Below, piece by piece: positions 7,348-15,198 of a stretch of 64,000 bases of DNA. The DNA lies in contig CAZYPY010000007.1 in NCBI GenBank assembly GCA_964649545.1, positions 4,698 to 68,697 on the forward strand. Reading direction: 5' to 3'. The translations under genes were made by a program, and so were the position numbers. The notes below the pieces were generated by a model. That model searched no databases, had not been told where the DNA came from, and saw only the letters and a program-made list of their open reading frames with translations. Every line of letters starts with the position of its first letter. The first letter of the stretch is position 1. This stretch comes from an uncultured Microthrixaceae bacterium (GTDB lineage: Bacteria > Actinomycetota > Acidimicrobiia > Acidimicrobiales > DATDAH01).

Positions 7348-10017
7348 GTGGCATCCGGACCGCTGATCGGCCGTGATCGCGAGGTCGCCGAGGTCACCGC
7401 CCGGCTGGACGACCACCGTCTGGTCACCGTCGTGGGACCGGGCGGCGCGGGCAAGACGACGCTGGCCCGGGAGGTCGCCCGTGGCGCCGCGCGCGACTTC
7501 CCGCTCGGGGTGCTCGAGGTCGATCTCACGCGGGTCGGTGACGAGGAGACCGTGCCGGGGGCGCTCGCGGCCCAGCTCGGGTTCGAGTCGTTCGACTCGC
7601 TCCTCAGCGCACCGGCCGACCAGCCCGCGCTGGTGCTCCTGGACAACTGCGAGCACCTGCTCGACGCGGTCGCCACGTGCGTCGTCCGCTTGCTCGGCGC
7701 CTGCCGCCAGCCGACCGTGCTCGCCACCAGCCGATCACCGCTCGAGGTACCCGGCGAGACGGTCGTGTCGCTCGCACCCCTGCCGGTTCCCGGCCCGGGC
7801 GACGATGCACGCGAGTTCGCGTCGGTGCAGCTGTTCCTCGAGCGCATGCGCGATGCCGGGGTGGACCCCCGCACGGCCGACCCGTCGACGGTGGGCGAGC
7901 TCTGCCGCCGGCTCGACGGGCTCCCGCTGGCCCTCGAGATCGCGGCGGCGCGCACGCGCAGCCTCGGCGTCGCGGACATCCTGCACGGCATCGCCGAGGG
8001 CTCCGACGTGCTCGACCGCCCGCGCTTTCGGGGGTCGGCCCGCCACCGAAGCATCGACGACGCGATCCGGTGGTCCGTCGACCTGCTCGAGCCGGGGACC
8101 GCCGACTTCCTGGCCTCACTCGCCGTCTTCGCGGGGCCCTTCGACGCCGGCGGTGCGCGCGCCGTCGCCGACGCCGACCCCACCGCGGCCGAGCGAGCCC
8201 TCGACGAGTTGGCGGCGGCGTCGCTGATCGTCGTCGACGGCCGAGGCGGCACGGCCCGGTACCGCCTGCTCGAGACCGTCCGGCGGTTCGCGGGTGATCG
8301 CCTGCGCGCGGCCGGGCGCTTCGAGGTCTCCTACGACCGGTACACCGATCACGTCGTCACCGCGTTGCAGGAGACGCGGGCCGACGCCACGAGGATCTGG
8401 CGACCGACGCTGGTGCGCGACCTCGTGGCGTCGTTCGACGACCTCGCCGAGGCGCTGCGCTGGTGCACCCACCACGACGCCACGCCGCGGCGAGCCTTCG
8501 CGATCGCCGGTGCGCTCTGGGCGGTCACCCACCAGGCCCACGCCGACGACATCGTGACGCTCGTGCAGCAGGTCGTGGACCGCTGGCCCGACCGGGGCAC
8601 GCCGTCGGGCGCGTCGGCGGTGGCATCGCTCGCCACGGCGCAGTACACGACCGGCCACCCTGCACGAGCCGTCGAACTGGCCGCCGGCGCGCTCGACCGG
8701 CTGACGTCGGTGGGTGCGGTGGCGGTGACCCTGCACCGCGTGCTCGGCCAGGGCCACCGGGCCCTCGGGGATTTGGAGGCGGCCCTGGCCGCGTTCCGTG
8801 CGGGCGCGGCCGTCGGTCACGAGCTGGACGTGACGGCGATGGCCCTCGAGCTCGACGTGGCCGCGGCCGTCGTCGCCGCCGACCTGGGAGACGCCGACGT
8901 CGCGGTCCGCGACCTCGAGGCCGTCATCGACCGTGCCACCGAGTCGGGCTCGGATCTCACCGTGGCCTGGGCCCGCACGGCGCTCGGATGGGTGCAGTTG
9001 CGCATCGACCCCGTCGCCGCGTCGGCGGTCGTCGACCGGGCGCTCGCAGAGTCGGCGGCCATCGACTACCCGATCGCGATCGCCGCCGGCCTGCGCTCAC
9101 GGGTGTACGCGCACCTGCTGTCCGGCGACCGATCCGCGGCGGTGGCGACCGCCCGTGAGCTGGTCGACGACCTGCTCGGCCGCGGTGCGCACTCGAACGC
9201 CCGACTGCTGTTCGACGTGGGGGCGGTCCTGGCCCACGACGCCGGGCACGACGCCTGGCGACCCCTGGTCGCCGCGGCCCGATCGGCGCCGATCACCACG
9301 TTGCTGTGCGCCCGCTACGAGCTGGTCCCGCTCCCCGACGTGGACGAGCCACCCCGTCCGACCCGTGACTCGATCCGTCTCGTGCGCCAGGTGCTGGTCG
9401 ACCTCGCCTCGACCTCGCCGGCGGCCACGACGGCGCGGGCCGGCGGTGCGGATCCGGCCGCGGCACCGGTGGCACCAGCCACTCCGTCTCGCCCGCGCAT
9501 CCGCCGTGCCGGCGCGATCGTCGAGCTCACCTTCGACGGCCACACCGTGGCGGTGCGGGCGTCGAAGGGCATCGCCGACATCGTCCGGCTCGTGCAGGCG
9601 GGCGGTCGGGAGGTCCACTGCGTGGAGCTGGCCGACGTCGCCGTCGAGCAGTCCTCGACCGGCGAGGTGATCGACGCGGCGGCACGCCGCCAGTACGAGC
9701 AGCGCATCCGGGACCTGCAGTCCGAGGTCGACGAGGCGGAGGCCGACGGCGACTACGCCCGCTCCTACCGGTACCAGGCCGAGCTCGACGAGGTGATCGA
9801 GCACCTGACCGCCGCGCTCGGCCACGGGAAGCGCACCCGGCGCGGCGCCGACGCCGCCGAGCGGGCGCGCTCCGCCGTCACCCACCGCGTTCGGAGCGCG
9901 ATCAAGCAGGTGACCGCCGTGCATCCGGGCCTGGGCCACCACTTGGAGCACGCGGTGAACACCGGTACCTACTGCAGCTACCGGCCGGAGCACCCCGTCG
10001 AGTGGATCGTCGAATGA
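7348..10017 (+). CDS. STAND-class ATPase regulator (NB-ARC-like, helical repeats, C-terminal putative DNA-binding domain)
   Basis: [24 protein letters not shown] and CRRLDGLPLALEIAA; C-terminal ERARSAVTHRVRSAI...VNTGTYCSY. Confidence 0.85.
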   Translation: MASGPLIGRDREVAEVTARLDDHRLVTVVGPGGAGKTTLAREVARGAARDFPLGVLEVDLTRVGDEETVPGALAAQLGFESFDSLLSAPADQPALVLLDNCEHLLDAVATCVVRLLGACRQPTVLATSRSPLEVPGETVVSLAPLPVPGPGDDAREFASVQLFLERMRDAGVDPRTADPSTVGELCRRLDGLPLALEIAAARTRSLGVADILHGIAEGSDVLDRPRFRGSARHRSIDDAIRWSVDLLEPGTADFLASLAVFAGPFDAGGARAVADADPTAAERALDELAAASLIVVDGRGGTARYRLLETVRRFAGDRLRAAGRFEVSYDRYTDHVVTALQETRADATRIWRPTLVRDLVASFDDLAEALRWCTHHDATPRRAFAIAGALWAVTHQAHADDIVTLVQQVVDRWPDRGTPSGASAVASLATAQYTTGHPARAVELAAGALDRLTSVGAVAVTLHRVLGQGHRALGDLEAALAAFRAGAAVGHELDVTAMALELDVAAAVVAADLGDADVAVRDLEAVIDRATESGSDLTVAWARTALGWVQLRIDPVAASAVVDRALAESAAIDYPIAIAAGLRSRVYAHLLSGDRSAAVATARELVDDLLGRGAHSNARLLFDVGAVLAHDAGHDAWRPLVAAARSAPITTLLCARYELVPLPDVDEPPRPTRDSIRLVRQVLVDLASTSPAATTARAGGADPAAAPVAPATPSRPRIRRAGAIVELTFDGHTVAVRASKGIADIVRLVQAGGREVHCVELADVAVEQSSTGEVIDAAARRQYEQRIRDLQSEVDEAEADGDYARSYRYQAELDEVIEHLTAALGHGKRTRRGADAAERARSAVTHRVRSAIKQVTAVHPGLGHHLEHAVNTGTYCSYRPEHPVEWIVE

Positions 10018-10128
10018 CGCGGGGACCGGGGAGCGTCGGCCTCGGCCCGGCGACGAGCACGCCGCCGCCGGCGATCGCATCCGGCGAACCGCGGTCGACG
10101 AGACCGTCCGGCGGGACAACATGAGCAC

Positions 10129-10365
10129 ATGCGCACCCTCCTGAGCGGTTTCAGCGAGTGGGTCCTGGCCCATCCCGTCGTGTGGGCCGTCGGCTCGGGA
10201 GGCGCGCTGGTGGTGCTCGGCATGGCCCTGCATCTGCCCCCGGTCGTCGTCGTCGCCGCCGGTGCGGCCATCGCGGGGCTCAACATCCTGCACGCCAGGA
10301 GGCGGGGCTACTGCCCCCTGCCGGACGAGCCCGACGCAGCCGCGGGAGGGGAGCCGACCGACTGA
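10129..10365 (+). CDS. Small hypothetical membrane protein (about 2 TM)
   Basis: Two hydrophobic stretches followed by RRRGYCPLP; GC3-rich codons. Confidence 0.5.
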   Translation: MRTLLSGFSEWVLAHPVVWAVGSGGALVVLGMALHLPPVVVVAAGAAIAGLNILHARRRGYCPLPDEPDAAAGGEPTD

Positions 10366-10480
10366 CTGCCGGCGCCGCGTCGAGGTGGCGCGGACGCCGA
10401 GCCAAGCCGTCACTGTCGCCGTCAGCGAGACGGGACCTTGGGCCCTGTGTGGCGGGGCCTCGTGTCGTCATGCTGCACGT

Positions 10481-10771
10481 GTGAACGGTTCAATCACGCT
10501 TGAAGCGATCGCGGCGCGCTTCCGGGCGTTGGGCGACCCGACCCGGCTGCGGGTGGTGGCCGAGCTGACGCTCGGCACCCGGTGCGTGTGCGAGTTGCGC
10601 GACCGCGTCGAGGTGTCCGGTCCCCTGCTGTCCCACCACCTCACCGTGCTGCGTGACGCGGGCCTGGTGACCGCGGAGCGCCGGGGACGTTGGGTCGACT
10701 ACACCCTCACCCGCCAGGGCCGGGATGCCGTCGCCCATCTCGACCTCGATCCCAGCCGGTCGTCTCGATGA
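10481..10771 (+). CDS. arsR: ArsR-family As(III)-responsive repressor
   Basis: FRALGDPTRL, alpha3 CVCEL and SHHLTVLRDAG; ATGA overlap with acr3. Confidence 0.88.
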   Translation: MNGSITLEAIAARFRALGDPTRLRVVAELTLGTRCVCELRDRVEVSGPLLSHHLTVLRDAGLVTAERRGRWVDYTLTRQGRDAVAHLDLDPSRSSR

Positions 10772-11886
10772 CCGACTCACGCACGACCGACCCCCGTCCC
10801 GTCGCGGGGCGCCTGTCCACGCTGGACCGTCTCCTCCCGGTGTGGATCGGCATCGCCATGGCTGGCGGGCTCTTGCTGGGCCGCGCCATCCCCGACCTCG
10901 ACGACACCCTGGAGGCCATCAAGGTCGACACGGTGTCGCTGCCCATCGCCGTCGGGCTGCTGGCGATGATGTACCCCGTCCTGGCCAAGGTCCGCTACGC
11001 CCACATCGGCGACGAGCTCGACGACCGCCGCACACTGGGGTTGTCGCTGCTGCTCAACTGGGTGATCGGTCCGCTGCTCATGTTCACCCTCGCCTGGGTC
11101 TTCCTCCACGACCTGCCCGAGCTCCGCACCGGGCTGATCATCGTGGGCCTCGCTCGATGCATCGCCATGGTCCTCATCTGGAACGATCTGGCCGGCGGTA
11201 GCCGCGAGCTCGCCGCGGTGCTCGTCGCGGTCAACTCGCTCTTCCAGATCGTCATGTACTCGGTGCTGGGGTGGTTCTACCTGACCGTGCTCCCGGGCTG
11301 GCTCGGCCTCGACACCGCCGACCTCGACGTCGGGCTGTGGGCGATCGCGAAGTCGGTCCTCATCTTCCTCGGCATCCCGCTGCTGGGCGGATACCTCACG
11401 CGTGCCGTGCTCGAGCGTCGTCGCGGAACCGAGTGGTACGAGCAGCGGTTCCTGCCTCGCATCGGACCGATCGCCCTCTACGGGCTGCTGTTCACGATCG
11501 TCGTGCTCTTCGCCCTCCAGGGCGGTCAGATCACCGACAACCCCTTCGACGTCGCCCGCGTGGCCCTCCCGCTGCTCGTGTACTTCGCGCTCATGTGGGG
11601 CGGGTCGTTCGCCATCGGGTACCGGCTGCGATTCCCGTACGAACGCAACGCGTCGGTGGCGTTCACTGCGGCGGGGAACAACTTCGAGCTCGCCATCGCC
11701 GTGTCCATCGCCGTGTTCGGCGTCACCTCAGGTCAGGCACTGGCCGGCACCATCGGCCCGCTCATCGAGGTCCCCGCCCTCGTCGCGCTCGTCTACGTGT
11801 CCCTCTGGGCCCGGCGTCGCCTCTACCCGGCCGACGCGCGCGCCAGCACGTCTGCGTCGACCGGCGCAGCGTCGAGCCAACCATGA
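10768..11886 (+). CDS. acr3: Acr3 arsenite efflux permease
   Basis: LDRLLPVWI, MMYPVLAKV, LLLNWVIGP, GLARCIAMV, GNNFELAIAV and GPLIEVP. Confidence 0.95.
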   Translation: MTDSRTTDPRPVAGRLSTLDRLLPVWIGIAMAGGLLLGRAIPDLDDTLEAIKVDTVSLPIAVGLLAMMYPVLAKVRYAHIGDELDDRRTLGLSLLLNWVIGPLLMFTLAWVFLHDLPELRTGLIIVGLARCIAMVLIWNDLAGGSRELAAVLVAVNSLFQIVMYSVLGWFYLTVLPGWLGLDTADLDVGLWAIAKSVLIFLGIPLLGGYLTRAVLERRRGTEWYEQRFLPRIGPIALYGLLFTIVVLFALQGGQITDNPFDVARVALPLLVYFALMWGGSFAIGYRLRFPYERNASVAFTAAGNNFELAIAVSIAVFGVTSGQALAGTIGPLIEVPALVALVYVSLWARRRLYPADARASTSASTGAASSQP

Positions 11887-12045
11887 CCGGACGCCCCTCG
11901 ACGCGGAGTTGCGTGCCCGCTCCCACGATCATCCGTACGATGACCTGACCCGGCGGACGGTCGCCCCTGCGCCGATGCCCCGTCCGTGCCGGGGAGCAGG
12001 CCGCACCAACAGGCGTCTCCGGACCCGATCCGTCGCCGGTCGCGG

Positions 12046-12924
12046 TCAGAGCTCGCCGCGGGCGAGGAGCTCGACGGGGTCCTGGCTGTCGAGCATGCCG
12101 AGGTAGGCGCCGCCGCGGGCCAGGTTGTCGTACATCGCGTAGCCGAGCAGCTCCTGGGCCTGGCGGGGGAGGGTGGCGGCCACGTCGGGTGGAACGGCGA
12201 GAAGGCTGTTCTCCTCGGTGCGCAGCCAACCGAGGCAGTAGCTGAGGTGGGCGCCGCGGCGGGGGACGTCGGACGTGTTGGCGCCACCGCCGTGCAGCAC
12301 GCCGCCGGTGTAGACGACGGCGGACCCGGCGGGCATCTCGGCGCACACGACCTGATCGGGGCCCGGAGGCGGTTGGGCCGCCTGCTCGAACGGTGGCAGG
12401 TCGCGGTCGGGCCAGCGGTGGCTGCCGGGCACGACCCGGGTGGCGCCGTTGTCGGCGGTGAAGTCCACGAAGGCGATGACCGAGGCGAGCTGGAGCTCCG
12501 GCGCCGGCCGCGGGACGTCGCTCCACACCGCTTCGTCCCGGTGGAGCAGCTGCGCCTCGGCGCCGGGGCCCCGCTCGAGGAGGTGGCCGATGTTGAGCTG
12601 GTAGCGGGCGCAGGAGGGCAGGAGGACGGCGTCGGCGAGGGCGAGCAGCACCGGGTGGCACATCACCTCGGTGGCGAAGGTCCGCGAGACCCGGGCCATC
12701 CCCGAGACCTGGCGGGTGTGGGCGCCGTGGAAGGCCCGGATGATGGGGTTGAACATCGGCGCGGCGGGGTCGTCGGCGGCGATCGCCTCCTCGACCTCGT
12801 CGTTCACCCGGGCCACCACGTGGGCCGTCAGCAGGTCCTCGACGATGACGACGCCGTCCCGTTCGAGGGCGGCGACCAGGGTCGCCGGATCGGTGCTGAC
12901 CCCGAACCGCTCGATGCCGGTCAT
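12046..12924 (-). CDS. Phytanoyl-CoA dioxygenase (PhyH) family Fe(II)/2OG oxygenase
   Basis: LLHRDE (HxD), DFTADNGATRVVPGSH, LHGGGAN and LRTEEN. Confidence 0.88.
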   Translation of the reverse strand: MTGIERFGVSTDPATLVAALERDGVVIVEDLLTAHVVARVNDEVEEAIAADDPAAPMFNPIIRAFHGAHTRQVSGMARVSRTFATEVMCHPVLLALADAVLLPSCARYQLNIGHLLERGPGAEAQLLHRDEAVWSDVPRPAPELQLASVIAFVDFTADNGATRVVPGSHRWPDRDLPPFEQAAQPPPGPDQVVCAEMPAGSAVVYTGGVLHGGGANTSDVPRRGAHLSYCLGWLRTEENSLLAVPPDVAATLPRQAQELLGYAMYDNLARGGAYLGMLDSQDPVELLARGEL

Positions 12925-13040
12925 CGGTCCATCTTGGCCGCGATCACGGCCACGAGCTGGTGCAGCGCCGCCGACACCACCTCGTGGTGCGGACCGGTGT
13001 TGATCAGCCGGGAGCAGCCGAGCAGTGAGCCGTCGTACAC
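12921..13040 (-). CDS. Cryptic small ORF or gene remnant coupled to PhyH (about 39 aa; not in the ORF track)
   Basis: (T)LDPVYDGSLLGCSRLINTGPHHEVVSAALHQLVAVIAAKMDR*. Nearly all third positions are G/C, and the stop overlaps the PhyH ATG (ATGA). Confidence 0.4.
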   Translation of the reverse strand: MYDGSLLGCSRLINTGPHHEVVSAALHQLVAVIAAKMDR

Positions 13041-13087
13041 CGGGTCGAGCGTTCAGGACCTCGCCCATCCAGGGACGCCGGGTTGGG

Positions 13088-14032
13088 CTACTGGACCGGG
13101 GTGGCCTCGCCGACGAGGGGCGGTTCGGGCTCGGGCTCGTCGGCACCGGCGCGCGCGACCTGGACGAGCCCGACGCCGGTGAGCACGAGTAGGCCGCCGA
13201 GGAGCTGGACGCCGGTGAGGACCTCCTCGAGCCAGACCCACGCGACGGTGGCGGCGATCACCGGCTCGATCATGGCGACGATGCCCGTCGTGGTGGCGGA
13301 CAGGTGGCGCAGGCCGAACACCTCGAGCGCGTACGGCGCGAGGGTGCCGAGGAGGATCACCCAGAGCACACCCAGCCACACGGGGATCGTGATGGCGGCG
13401 AGGCGACCGAGCAGCGACGTGGACTCGGTCAGGACGCCGGGGTCGAATTCCCACCACGGCTGGACGAACGCCCAGAAGACCGACGAGATGGCGAACATCC
13501 AGAAGCTGAGGACCAGGGGGTCACGGGTCTCGAGCATGTGCTTGCCGAGCAGGTGGAAGGTGGCGAGGAACGCGGCGGCGCCGAGGGCGGCCAGGACGCC
13601 GACGACGTCGAGGCCGACGTCGGTCCACACCTGGGAGACCAGGGCGAGGCCGAGCAACGCCAGGCCCAGTGCCCACCACACCTGGCGGGCGACGTGGTGG
13701 CGGAGCACCACGACCGAGAAGACGGCCACCATCAGCGGGGCGGTGAACTCCAGGAGCAGCGCGATGGCCGCCGGGAGGCGGTCGAGCGCGACGAAGTAGA
13801 GCCACTGGAGCAGTGCGGCCCCGCTGAGGCCGAGCACGATCAGCTTCGGGATCTCGGGTCGTGGGATCCGCAGCGAGGTGGGGCGGACGGTCTTCAGCAC
13901 GACCAGCAGGCCCAGCGCGGCGCCGGTGCAGCGCAGGGCGGTCAGCCGGGCGGGCTCGAGGTCGGTCGAGAGGACGACCTTGGACACGCTGGCGTTGATC
14001 CCGAACAGCGCCGCCCCGGCGAGGACGAGCAC
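13088..14032 (-). CDS. EamA/DMT family transporter (start uncertain)
   Basis: About 10 hydrophobic segments; ALLLEFTAPLMV and AMIEPVIA. The frame is open about 18 codons upstream of GTG 14032. Confidence 0.88.
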   Translation of the reverse strand: MLVLAGAALFGINASVSKVVLSTDLEPARLTALRCTGAALGLLVVLKTVRPTSLRIPRPEIPKLIVLGLSGAALLQWLYFVALDRLPAAIALLLEFTAPLMVAVFSVVVLRHHVARQVWWALGLALLGLALVSQVWTDVGLDVVGVLAALGAAAFLATFHLLGKHMLETRDPLVLSFWMFAISSVFWAFVQPWWEFDPGVLTESTSLLGRLAAITIPVWLGVLWVILLGTLAPYALEVFGLRHLSATTTGIVAMIEPVIAATVAWVWLEEVLTGVQLLGGLLVLTGVGLVQVARAGADEPEPEPPLVGEATPVQ

Positions 14033-14150
14033 GTAGCCGCGCCGGTGGTGCGTCGAGACGAGGGTCGAGGAGGCGATCAGCAGACGCTACGGCCCCCGGA
14101 GCAGATCGGCGTCCACGTCGTCGAGCTCGCGTCGGCGCTGGTCGGCTCGG

Positions 14151-14954
14151 TCAGACGGCTCGGTCGAACTCGGCGAGCTGATCGCCGCCGGGTTCGACCA
14201 CGTCGCCGGTCTTGAGGATCTTGACCAGCGCCACGATGCCGAGGATGACCGTGAGGTTCAGGACCAGGCCGCCGGCGGCGATGGGCTTGTCGTCGAGGTT
14301 CTGAACCGAATGGTCCTGGACGAAGATCGAGAAGTCCCAGATCGCGTGCAGTCCCATCGTGACGATCAAGGCGCCCGTGATGCGGCGGGTCACGTAGTAC
14401 ATGAGTCCGACGGCGAAGGCGAACGCGATCTGTTGCAGCGTCTCTCGCACGCTCTGCCCGAAGAGTGCGTTGGGTGCGTGGAGGAGGCCGAAGATGGCGC
14501 CGGAGAACACCCACACCCACTTCTCGTGCATCGACCCACGCCCGCCGACGACGGCGATCCCGCGCGTGAGCAGCTCCTCGGAGAAGCCCACGAGCAACGT
14601 CCCGATGGCCAGCCAGAGGGCGTACGAGGCGACCCCGTCGATCTCGGCCCACCTCGTGGTCGCGAGGTTCCCGATGGCGCCGAGGACGAGCAGCGCCGGG
14701 ATGAGCAGCATCCAGCGGCTGCCCACCCGGCGCGGCTCGTTCATGGCCGGCTTCCACCAGCCCAGGAACGTCGTGACCACGATCAGGTAGACCGCGCCGA
14801 GGCCGACGGAGAGCACGACCCCCTTGCGGACGTTCTCGACGGTGTCGCCGACCTCGTCGTAGTCCAGGCCGGTGAGGCCCCAGACCGCGAAGACGACGAC
14901 CAGGTAGCCGAGGATCGCCGCAACGGCGGTGGTGGCGGACGGCTTGACGCGCAT
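14151..14954 (-). CDS. CPBP (Abi/CAAX) intramembrane metalloprotease
   Basis: FSEELLTRG (EExxxR), FGLLH and HAIWD. Confidence 0.9.
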   Translation of the reverse strand: MRVKPSATTAVAAILGYLVVVFAVWGLTGLDYDEVGDTVENVRKGVVLSVGLGAVYLIVVTTFLGWWKPAMNEPRRVGSRWMLLIPALLVLGAIGNLATTRWAEIDGVASYALWLAIGTLLVGFSEELLTRGIAVVGGRGSMHEKWVWVFSGAIFGLLHAPNALFGQSVRETLQQIAFAFAVGLMYYVTRRITGALIVTMGLHAIWDFSIFVQDHSVQNLDDKPIAAGGLVLNLTVILGIVALVKILKTGDVVEPGGDQLAEFDRAV

Positions 14955-15198
14955 GTTCGTGGCTCGCTTCTCTGCGCTGCGGCGGATGGCGGGAAGCTAC
15001 CCGCACCATCCCATTGGGGCTCAGCTCAGCCCGGAGGTGTCATGCAGTACCCTCGGGATCGGGTCGAGCGCTGAGGTCGGCGTGGTGGTGGGGAGAATTG
15101 CGAAAGTTCGCGTGCGGAGCGGTCGTTGTCCTGAGGGGCAAGCGGTTCGGCGCCGGCCGTGGCGTCGTGGTCACGAGAACGAGGGACTGAATCACCGG

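Noticed and set aside
10481-11886. arsR-acr3 as a novel system
   Set aside because: Standard, well-described arsenite efflux unit.
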